A DNA stretch of 32,000 nucleotides from Psychrobacter sp. DM4 (GTDB lineage Bacteria > Pseudomonadota > Gammaproteobacteria > Pseudomonadales > Moraxellaceae): positions 2,700,001 to 2,732,000 of the forward strand of contig NZ_CP195536.1 in assembly GCF_051307035.1 (NCBI RefSeq), read 5' to 3'. Made by a program: the position numbers and the translations under genes. The notes under the pieces are model-generated. The model saw only the letters and a program-made list of their open reading frames with translations. It had not been told where the DNA came from and did no database searches. Positions within the stretch are counted from its first letter, which is position 1. Each line of letters starts with the position of its first letter. Positions 7,911 to 15,700 of the stretch are shown here, one piece after another.

Positions 7911-8936
7911 ATGAAGTTTGATGTTGTCGTAGGGAACCCTCCTTATCAAGAAGATAATGCGGATAACAATCGCAACAGTCCCGTTTATCACTACTTCTAT
8001 AATTTGGCTGAGAGTATCAGTGCTACATACTGCCTGATATCTCCAGCAAGGTTTTTGTTTACTGCAGGTCAAACTCCAAAGGACTGGAATGAGAGGATGC
8101 TTAATGATGAGCACCTAAAGGTTGTTTATTTTAATCAAGACTCCTCACAAGTATTTATTAATACAGATATTAAAGGTGGTATCGCCGTTTTGTACCATGA
8201 TAAGAATAAAAATTTTGGCGCCATTGATACTTTTACTAGATTTGCAGAGCTAAAAGCTATTCTGGGCAAGGTTGTAGGATCCAAGTCCTTTGCAAGTCTC
8301 GGTGATATCCTCACCTTACGTAGCTCATATAAATTTACAGATGACCTCCTACGAGAACATCCTGATTTAAAAGGTCGCGCCAAAGGAAGCGAGTCGAAGT
8401 CAATGGGATCGAATGTATTTGATAGATACCCTGAGATTTTTTTTGACCACCCCCAAAACAGACCGCAAGTACAGATATATGGGCGTCAAAACAACGTACG
8501 CGTATATAAATATGTGAATGAATCTTACATACAAGATGGCGGCAACCTAAAACAATGGAAGGTATTTGTTCCAAAATCTAATGGTTCAGGCGCTCTTGGC
8601 GAGGTACTCAGCACTCCTGTAATAGGAGCGCCTTCTGTTGGCCATACGCAAACCTTTATATCGCTAGGTCACTTCGAGACTAAAGATGAAGCTGAGGCTT
8701 TATTGAAATACCTTAAGTGCAAATTTACTCGGGTGATGCTTGGAATAAAAAAAATAACCCAAGATAATGCAACTAGGCAGACATGGTCAAAAGTGCCTCT
8801 TCAGAACTTTACTCCTGACTCGCATATTAATTGGTCTAAGTCTATCTTCGAGATTGATCAACAGCTTTATAAAAAATATGATCTGAGCGAATCTGAAATA
8901 GATTTTATCGAAACTAACGTTAAGCCTATGAGCTAA
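7911..8936 (+). CDS. Eco57I-family adenine methyltransferase catalytic/C-terminal part. It starts at motif IV (MKFDVVVGNPPYQ) and lacks AdoMet-binding motifs X/I-III.
   Basis: FDVVVGNPPYQ makes up residues 3-13. It has its own GGAG SD 10 nt upstream and a TGA in frame 2 codons upstream. The C-terminal LYKKYDLSESEIDFIETNVKPM is a typical tail of this MTase family as I recall it. Confidence 0.8.
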   Translation: MKFDVVVGNPPYQEDNADNNRNSPVYHYFYNLAESISATYCLISPARFLFTAGQTPKDWNERMLNDEHLKVVYFNQDSSQVFINTDIKGGIAVLYHDKNKNFGAIDTFTRFAELKAILGKVVGSKSFASLGDILTLRSSYKFTDDLLREHPDLKGRAKGSESKSMGSNVFDRYPEIFFDHPQNRPQVQIYGRQNNVRVYKYVNESYIQDGGNLKQWKVFVPKSNGSGALGEVLSTPVIGAPSVGHTQTFISLGHFETKDEAEALLKYLKCKFTRVMLGIKKITQDNATRQTWSKVPLQNFTPDSHINWSKSIFEIDQQLYKKYDLSESEIDFIETNVKPMS

Positions 8937-9043
8937 CCCCTCCTTAGATAGTCGCTAAGCGACAGAGTGCGGCTACTGCTATAACGATAGTAGCTATCAC
9001 TATTTGACGAGATTTTAGCCAAACACGTCCTAAGGAAATTAAT

Positions 9044-9377
9044 ATGATTAAACTGACCAACAGTCATATAAGTGGCGAATTTCAGCGGTTGAAGGATGAG
9101 ATCATTAGTAGTTTTACTATCAAGCCAATAGTACAAGACATAGATCTAATACGGATGGAAGCAGATAGTATAAAACAACTGATAGAGGTCAAAAAATCAA
9201 AAAGAGGAGATTGAAATACACAAAAAGAGGAGAGTTTCGCTCTCAATTATTGCTGACGATACTCAGTTAACACGCTTCTTTGTGTATCAATATAGGGATA
9301 ACTCTTTTCAAAAACAGCTTATGACAGTGCAAGATATGTCCAGTTTTTATGGATTTTACATACAAATGCTTAATTAA
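9044..9377 (+). pseudogene. Frameshifted small ORF pair (56 + 54 codons), possibly a decayed partner gene of the methyltransferase pair
   Basis: ATG 9044 has AAGGA 7 nt upstream and the ORF stops at 9212-9214. A second stop-free frame (+1) runs 9186..9377. Losing one A from the A6 run (9191-9196) or the A5 run (9199-9203) fuses them into a 110-codon ORF. Confidence 0.3.
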
Positions 9378-9422
9378 ACCCTTAGATGCCTTTTTTAAAT
9401 GATACACGTATAAATAAGCGAT

Positions 9423-9459
9423 AAAAAAAGCCCCGCTATTGTAGTTACCATAGCGTGGC
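9423..9459 (-). terminator. Rho-independent terminator of the nitroreductase gene
   Basis: On the minus strand: GCCACGCTAT / ATAGCGGGGC stem (one mismatch), a 10-nt loop, then T7. It lies 30 nt after the stop codon. Confidence 0.7.
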
Positions 9460-9488
9460 TTGACGTTCAGTTTTGACGGTTGTTTTAC

Positions 9489-10100
9489 TTATGCGCCAAA
9501 CACTTTCATACGCTCATCTAATGGCTTGAACGCTTTGTCACCAGCAGGTTGCTCAATCGCACCAAACACAAGCTGCGCATTCAATTCCCAATCCTCAGCG
9601 ATATTCCACGCCTGTGCGACTCTTTGGTCGATTAGAGGATTGTAATGTTGCAAATTTGCGCCGATATCGATAGCTGCTAACGCCGTCCAGATCGCATACT
9701 GGTGCATAGCATTGGTTTGATGAGCCCAAATAGGAAACTTATCCGCGTACAAAGGCGCAGCTTCTTGCATGCCTCTCACGACGCCTTTATCTTCAAAGAA
9801 TAAAACCGTACCCGCTCCTGCTTTGAAGCCTGCGATTTTATCTTTGGTACCTTTAAACTGCTCTTCGTCATTGACGATGACTCTTAGCGTCTCTTCGGTA
9901 ATGTCCCATAATTTGTCATGGTCTTCGCCAAATAACACTACCAATCGCGTCGATTGCGAGTTAAACGATGAAGGCACATGCAATAGTGCGTGCTCAACCA
10001 GTTTGACGATATCACTATTGGATACGGGTAGAGTAGCGCTTAGGCCGTAGATAGAACGGCGTTTCTCTATGAGCTGCTGTAGATCTTTTAGGTCTGACAT
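9489..10100 (-). CDS. Nitroreductase-family NAD(P)H oxidoreductase
   Basis: 203 aa. The N-terminal RRSIYGL... and PSSFNSQSTRLVVLFG strings are typical of the nitroreductase fold family. Confidence 0.8.
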   Translation of the reverse strand: MSDLKDLQQLIEKRRSIYGLSATLPVSNSDIVKLVEHALLHVPSSFNSQSTRLVVLFGEDHDKLWDITEETLRVIVNDEEQFKGTKDKIAGFKAGAGTVLFFEDKGVVRGMQEAAPLYADKFPIWAHQTNAMHQYAIWTALAAIDIGANLQHYNPLIDQRVAQAWNIAEDWELNAQLVFGAIEQPAGDKAFKPLDERMKVFGA

Positions 10101-10292
10101 AAGGTGTCTCCAAAGCGTAAGTCAATGAAAAGGTATGATTACGTCAGTACTGTAGCCACATCCTGCAATTATTTGTGTATTATAAGAGAGCCCTTCTATT
10201 ATCCGTACTCTCTTTTTGTAAAATAACTTAACAGTAAGTCGTACTATACAATCTAGGTTAACAAGTACATCTTTGCCTTATTAACCAACGGA

Positions 10293-11231
10293 TCAACCCC
10301 GAAAGCCTTTTGGCAATACTGGTGCAGGCAAACGCTTCATATCTGAGTCAACGTCACCAAAGCGCTCATGACCGTTGTTCCAGTCCTTAATCGCAAGCTC
10401 AATCTCTTCTTTGTTGTCCGCGACAAAATTCCACCAGAGCAGTACTTGGTTATTGAGTGGCTCACCGCCGATGAACATCACACGCGTACCTTTTTTGGCA
10501 ACCAGCTTGATGCTCTCATTATTGGCGACATCATGATCGTAAAAGCGCAATAATTGATCTTGCGGGCAGAGGTTGCCCTCAGATTCAATCTCGCCTTCAT
10601 TGACCAAAATACCGTACTCAAATCCTGACTCAAGCGTTAGCGTGACTTCGCCGTCTTCCTGCCAGTACACATCGATACCGACCATTTTTGAGTACTGAAT
10701 CGTTGGCGCTTGATACTGCTCACCGGTCACTGACGTGTAGCTGCCAGTGGTCAAAATCATCTCGACATTATCTTCACTCCATGTTGGCAGTTTTGGATAA
10801 TGATGAAAGCTTGGCTCGATGTCTTGATCCGTTGGCAGGGCGACCCATAGCTGTACCATGCTGATCGCACGCGACGCCTCAGGCGATCCACCTGTATCAG
10901 GAAATACGCTTTGCTCGGTATGGCTGATGCCGCGAGCAGGCCCTGTACCTGCGGTCATGACATTGACTTGGTTTTTGGTAATGACCTGCTCGTTACCTAA
11001 GCTATCTTTATGCAGGACTTCGCCATCAAGCATCCAGCTAAAGGTCTGCAAATTGATATGTGGATGACGACCCACTTGCATGCCGGCCTCGTCTAAACCG
11101 AACTTGGCGGGACCTGCATGATCCAAAAAACACCATGCACCGATAGGCTTTTTGCCTTTATTCGGTAGTAATCTAGCGATAGGAATGCCGCCCACGTCTG
11201 CCAGCCTTGGCACTAGGGTTTGAATGCTCAT
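10293..11231 (-). CDS. Pirin-family protein
   Basis: IARLLPN...PIGAWCFLDHAGP...GRHPH...MTAGTGPARGISHTE follows the pirin N-terminal cupin signature. The length suits a two-cupin protein, and it is divergent from a LysR gene. Confidence 0.85.
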   Translation of the reverse strand: MSIQTLVPRLADVGGIPIARLLPNKGKKPIGAWCFLDHAGPAKFGLDEAGMQVGRHPHINLQTFSWMLDGEVLHKDSLGNEQVITKNQVNVMTAGTGPARGISHTEQSVFPDTGGSPEASRAISMVQLWVALPTDQDIEPSFHHYPKLPTWSEDNVEMILTTGSYTSVTGEQYQAPTIQYSKMVGIDVYWQEDGEVTLTLESGFEYGILVNEGEIESEGNLCPQDQLLRFYDHDVANNESIKLVAKKGTRVMFIGGEPLNNQVLLWWNFVADNKEEIELAIKDWNNGHERFGDVDSDMKRLPAPVLPKGFRG

Positions 11232-11593
11232 GATTCCCCTCTTATTATCGGATGACGGCTATAGATATAGCCAAAAGCAGAATGGTGGTGTCTGTTTTTA
11301 TATATTCAAAAAGATAAAGACCATCAATAAAAAAAAGCGACCAGTTGGAGCGTTTAAATCTGGTCATTTATCCATGGATGTTCTCTAAAATTTGAAATAT
11401 TTTATGGAGTTAAGCTGTGACGCTATTATAAATGCCAATTAAAATGCGATAAACCACCCCAATGACAAATATAAGTTCTGGTTATGAGAACAATGATATA
11501 GTAGCCAAAACGCGACCTTTATTATTTGAGGCTACCCTTTATGTTGGGTAGCTTTTATCAAGCGATTACCTACAAGACATACAGGAGAGTGCC

Positions 11594-12499
11594 ATGGGAC
11601 AACTAGAAGACATGGCTATGTTCGTACGGGTGGTCGAAGCGGGTAGCATTACCAAAGCCGCTGAGCAATTAGATATTGCCAAGTCCGCGGTAAGCCGCCG
11701 CCTAAAGGATTTAGAGACACGCTTGGGCAATCAGCTGATCAGTCGCACCACCCGTCAATCCAATCTAACCCAATCAGGTGAGCTGTATTATCAGCGAGCT
11801 TGTCGTATATTGAATGAGGTCGATGCGCTTAATGAGCAGACTAGCGACTCCCCTACTCGTATTGAGGGCACGCTGAAAATGACTGCGCCTCTCACCTTTG
11901 GGCTAATGCATCTGAATGAGATTATCGACGACTATGCCAGCCAGCACCCTAATTTGAGCTTTGAGCTGGATTTTTCTGATCGGCACGTAGATCTAGTCGA
12001 AGAAGGCTATGAGCTTGCTATTCGTATCAGAGCATTACAAGACTCAACGTATCAAGCTAAGCGTCTAGCATTAGTGAGATGTTCGCTGTGCGCCAGTCCT
12101 GATTATCTGAGTAAAAGGGGCACGCCGCAGACGGTAGCCGATCTGGCAGAACATGAATTTTTGCAGTATGGTCTTGGCAAATATGGCAGCATAGAGCTGA
12201 CAGATGACCAAGGGAAAACTCATAAAGTGGTCACTCAGTCAAAAATAAAAGCCAACAACGGAGATTTTTTGCGCGATATGGCAGTTAAGGGTCAAGGTAT
12301 TGTCTCTTTGCCTACTTTTATCACCTACCAGATGGTAGCAAGCGGTGCGCTCATTCCTATTCTTGGTCAGTATCAGCTACCTACTTTGAACGCTTATGCC
12401 GTCTATCCCAAAAATCGTTTTTTGTCACAACGCTGCCGATATCTCATCGATTTTATCGCAGAACGCTTCGGTGATGACCCCTATTGGGATCAGATTTAG
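11594..12499 (+). CDS. LysR-family transcriptional regulator
   Basis: N-terminal wHTH (FVRVVEAGSITKAAEQLDIAKSAVSRRLKDLE) plus a LysR substrate-binding domain of the expected length. It is divergent from pirin. Confidence 0.9.
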   Translation: MGQLEDMAMFVRVVEAGSITKAAEQLDIAKSAVSRRLKDLETRLGNQLISRTTRQSNLTQSGELYYQRACRILNEVDALNEQTSDSPTRIEGTLKMTAPLTFGLMHLNEIIDDYASQHPNLSFELDFSDRHVDLVEEGYELAIRIRALQDSTYQAKRLALVRCSLCASPDYLSKRGTPQTVADLAEHEFLQYGLGKYGSIELTDDQGKTHKVVTQSKIKANNGDFLRDMAVKGQGIVSLPTFITYQMVASGALIPILGQYQLPTLNAYAVYPKNRFLSQRCRYLIDFIAERFGDDPYWDQI

Positions 12500-12946
12500 A
12501 CGTATGCTAAAAATATAGCCCCTCTCTAAATCATACTACTATCAAAGATAACTTATGGTTTATCGCTTAGTCATCGTCAAACCCTCATAAGAATGGGTAG
12601 GATGAACATGCACTCATAGGGTATGTTACCTACATACTCAGGGTGTCCGTCAATGGTTCGGTTGCAAAACAGAAGATGGGTACAGACCCGCCTACTTTCC
12701 AGATACCAAGCTGCTCATACACGAAAAAGAATAGCACCCTCTGGACGTTAATGACGCCTTTACACCGTTTCTCATAGACACACCGCTCGCTCAGGCTGAG
12801 ATCGGTATTAACATCAGCAGGCGTCGGTATAAAAAAACGGGTAGGCGAGCCTTTAGTGGGCTAAAAATAGTGTCATTCTTTACACGTTTCTAGACAATAA
12901 CGCTCTTCATTATTGATGATTTAACTTTTTAATCCGCTGTCTTTTT

Positions 12947-13894
12947 TCACTCTTTTAATTTTGATTGTGGCAACGTAGCCATCTTCATGCCGCCCCACGT
13001 CACTAGTATCACGCCAAGCGCAATGAGAGAGCCGCCTACGACCAATCCCTCAGGCAGCGCTTCGCCTTGCAAGATAACAGCGACGGGTACGCCAACGATA
13101 GCACCGACAGCGCCTAGTAAGCTTAGGAGCACAGGGCCACCCGTCTTTTGTAATACAAAAAGCAGTACGAATTGAACAGCAAAGATGATGGCCTGAACAA
13201 GGATTAAGAGTGCTGAGTTAGAATTCTCTAACGACACCATAAGTGAAAAATCAGGGAGTGTGCCTACCAAACCGAGCAGAATAACGGCGGCAATCAGCAT
13301 GCCGGGTGCGAGCGCAATAGGTGAGGCATTATCTGGCCAGCGCAAGGTTCGATAGATATTGCCGATAGCGAGTAGCACAGGGCCACATAGTGCGAGTAGT
13401 ATCCAGAACATACTAGTATCTGGAGTAGCAAATTTACGTGCAGCCAACACCCCGACACCAGCAAGCGCTGCAGCGACGCCAAGCGCGCGCATTACGCTAA
13501 AGCGCTCAATGTTGAGCATGAGCGCACCTAGATAAGTCAGCAATGGCGGCAGTGAGATAATCAACGCGACAAAGCTTGCACCAACGTGAGGAATGGCTGA
13601 AAAGAATATCAAGTTGGAGCCTGCGACACTGACCAAAGCGGCGACAATATAATACTCAAAACTACGCCTGCTCGGTGCTAGCAACTCACCCCTCATAAAG
13701 GCAACAATAACTAAGACAATAGCAGCGCCTAAGAGTGACCAGAACAAAAATGCCAGTGGACCTAATCCAATCTCGCCTGCGTACTTGGCTAGGTTGGTTG
13801 AGATACCCAGCAAAGCACCGCCCACAAGCAAGCAGACTAACGCTATCAGCCAAGTATTGTTCTCAATAAAAGACGGCTCAATAGAGTGACTCAT
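12947..13894 (-). CDS. DMT-superfamily (EamA-like) transporter
   Basis: 315 aa with about 10 hydrophobic helices arranged as two similar halves, rich in G/A/L. This is typical EamA architecture. Confidence 0.75.
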   Translation of the reverse strand: MSHSIEPSFIENNTWLIALVCLLVGGALLGISTNLAKYAGEIGLGPLAFLFWSLLGAAIVLVIVAFMRGELLAPSRRSFEYYIVAALVSVAGSNLIFFSAIPHVGASFVALIISLPPLLTYLGALMLNIERFSVMRALGVAAALAGVGVLAARKFATPDTSMFWILLALCGPVLLAIGNIYRTLRWPDNASPIALAPGMLIAAVILLGLVGTLPDFSLMVSLENSNSALLILVQAIIFAVQFVLLFVLQKTGGPVLLSLLGAVGAIVGVPVAVILQGEALPEGLVVGGSLIALGVILVTWGGMKMATLPQSKLKE

Positions 13895-14034
13895 AAAGGG
13901 TCTGCATCAATTAAAAGTAGCATTAAATCAAAACCTAGCCCCTAAAACCTTATAACGACAGAATACAGTTATAGAAAACATAGTTATAAATAGTAAGAGC
14001 TAACAAAGACTATAGAATTTTGCTAAACTAATAC

Positions 14035-14064
14035 TTATCATTTATAAGACAGACTAAATGATAA
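14035..14064. promoter_or_regulatory. Perfect 10-bp inverted repeat TTATCATTTA-N10-TAAATGATAA in the divergent DMT/yceI-like promoter region
   Basis: Read directly. It lies about 100 bp upstream of ATG 14163 and about 140 bp upstream of ATG 13894. The arms contain AATGATAA, which also occurs in the Fur-box consensus. Confidence 0.3.
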
Positions 14065-14162
14065 AACTTTTATCCTTTGAAATAAATATAGCTTTTATAT
14101 TAAAAACTAATTATAAGCTTATATTGTTAATAATTTTTTTCACTACATAAGGATTATTTATT

Positions 14163-14768
14163 ATGACTTTATCTACCAAAAAATTAAAACGTGCTATTGC
14201 TATTACTGCGATTAGTAGCCTTGGTATGCTTAGCGTATTGGCTCATAGTGCTATGTATGAGATCGACCCAAACCATACCGCGGCGCGCTTTTCAGTTGAT
14301 CATTTTGGTACTTCCACCAATGCTGGCGGATTTTATGGTCTGACAGGTATTATTGACTATCAGCCAGAAGACGAGCAAGGTTTTGTGGGTATAACGATTC
14401 CTATGGGTAGCTTGAGTACAGGACTCAAAGCATTCGATACTCACTTAAAATCTGCTGATTTTTTTGACGTTGCCAAGTATCCCACGGCTTACTTTAAATC
14501 CACTGAGTGGCAGTTTGATGATGGTGAGGTACAAACGGTAAAAGGTGATTTGACTCTACATGGACAGACGCATCCCGTTACTCTAAATGCTACCCAATTC
14601 AACTGCTACGACAGCCCAGTACTTGAGACCAAAGTATGTGGCGGCGATTTTGAGACGACAATTGATCGCACTCAGTGGGGCATAACGACTTACACCGACG
14701 GCGGGATGATGAAAGATATTAAACTGGTCATACAAGTAGAAGCAGGTCTAAAAGAAGATAACTCATAA
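14163..14768 (+). CDS. YceI-like periplasmic lipid/polyisoprenoid-binding protein (paralogue A)
   Basis: Signal peptide, then YEIDPNHTAARFSVDHFGTSTNAGGF...TLHGQTHPVTL...QVEA, which is the YceI family pattern. Confidence 0.85.
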   Translation: MTLSTKKLKRAIAITAISSLGMLSVLAHSAMYEIDPNHTAARFSVDHFGTSTNAGGFYGLTGIIDYQPEDEQGFVGITIPMGSLSTGLKAFDTHLKSADFFDVAKYPTAYFKSTEWQFDDGEVQTVKGDLTLHGQTHPVTLNATQFNCYDSPVLETKVCGGDFETTIDRTQWGITTYTDGGMMKDIKLVIQVEAGLKEDNS

Positions 14769-14844
14769 CCTAAATTTTTAATGATACGCTTTTTATCAAT
14801 GCACTCTCTAGTGATAGATGACAAAAAGCGCTCTACCTGAAATT

Positions 14845-14877
14845 AAAAAGGTATCAAGCTCTGTTTGATACCTTTTT
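14845..14877. terminator. Bidirectional intrinsic terminator shared by the two convergent yceI-like genes
   Basis: A5-GGTATCAA-(7 nt loop)-TTGATACC-T5, a perfect 8-bp stem flanked by A and T runs. Confidence 0.7.
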
Positions 14878-14984
14878 ACTTTTTAGCATATTGCTCGCTC
14901 ATACATAGATGCCACTCATCAAGCCAACTGGATTCTTCTACTACTCTTTGAGCATTTGCTGTCAAAATTAAAGCATAAGACGCT

Positions 14985-15611
14985 TTACTGTTTTGCAGCT
15001 TCTATTTGAATATTTAAATCCACTTTTTCAGTCATTCCTAATAAGGTGTATTTGCTAATCCCCCACTTGGTACGATCGATGGTCGTGGTAAAGTCGCCCC
15101 CGCAGACCCGACCCTTCAAAATAGGACTTAGATAACAGTTGAACTTGGTTGCTATTAGTGTCACAGGATGCGTTTGTCCGCGTAGTGTCAGATTGCCGTC
15201 TACACGCACAACTTCTGATTCTGAACTGTCGTCACTAAAATACCATTTGCTTGAGTTGAAATAAGCCGCTGGATATTTCTCAATATCGAAAAAATCCTCA
15301 CTTTTGAGAACGATATCAAAAGCGGTATTACCTGTCACTAGCGTATTCATCGGAATAATAAGTGCGATATTGCCTGTCTTAGCTTGCGGATCATAATCGA
15401 GTTGACCCGTTAAATTATAAAATCCGCCCGTATTGGTCGACGTACCAAAATGATCGATAGCGAAACGCACATTGGCATGCGTCGGATCGATGCTATATGT
15501 AGCTGCATAGCTGATAGTGATACTACTCATGCCAGCAGCCGCTAATAATAAAGCGCTTAAAGGCTTGTAATAAGTCTTGAACATCTGATGGCGCAAAAGA
15601 GAAGTCATCAT
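14985..15611 (-). CDS. YceI-like periplasmic protein (paralogue B), third gene of the MFP-RND operon
   Basis: YSIDPTHANVRFAIDHFGTSTNTGGF...TLRGQTHPVTL...IQIEA. I prefer the start at ATG 15611 (AAGGA 5 nt upstream) over the track start at 15626. Confidence 0.85.
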   Translation of the reverse strand: MMTSLLRHQMFKTYYKPLSALLLAAAGMSSITISYAATYSIDPTHANVRFAIDHFGTSTNTGGFYNLTGQLDYDPQAKTGNIALIIPMNTLVTGNTAFDIVLKSEDFFDIEKYPAAYFNSSKWYFSDDSSESEVVRVDGNLTLRGQTHPVTLIATKFNCYLSPILKGRVCGGDFTTTIDRTKWGISKYTLLGMTEKVDLNIQIEAAKQ

Positions 15612-15700
15612 TACTTTCCTTGTCATAACTATGTCTTTGTCACTTCAAACAATAGCATGATTTAGCGAAGTGACAAGTAATGATATATTGATATCTCTCC

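Noticed and set aside
7314-8114. ORFs 7314..7661 (+) and 7773..8114 (-) lie within or overlap the methyltransferase-like genes.
   Set aside because: One is an alternative frame and the other antisense to genes with clear motif content. The 7773..8114 ORF would run across the SD and start of the NPPY gene. Neither has a recognisable motif.
6661-9467. A shared 9-mer CTTGACGTT (6661-6669 and 9459-9467) flanks the methyltransferase island and could be a target-site duplication.
   Set aside because: A single 9-bp match between two intergenic regions of about 400 bp is roughly what chance predicts. The right copy is part of the nitroreductase terminator stem.
14112-14123. A 12-bp perfect palindrome TATAAGCTTATA lies upstream of the yceI-like gene.
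   Set aside because: It is short and almost pure AT in a very AT-rich promoter region, so it is likely chance or part of a -10/UP element.
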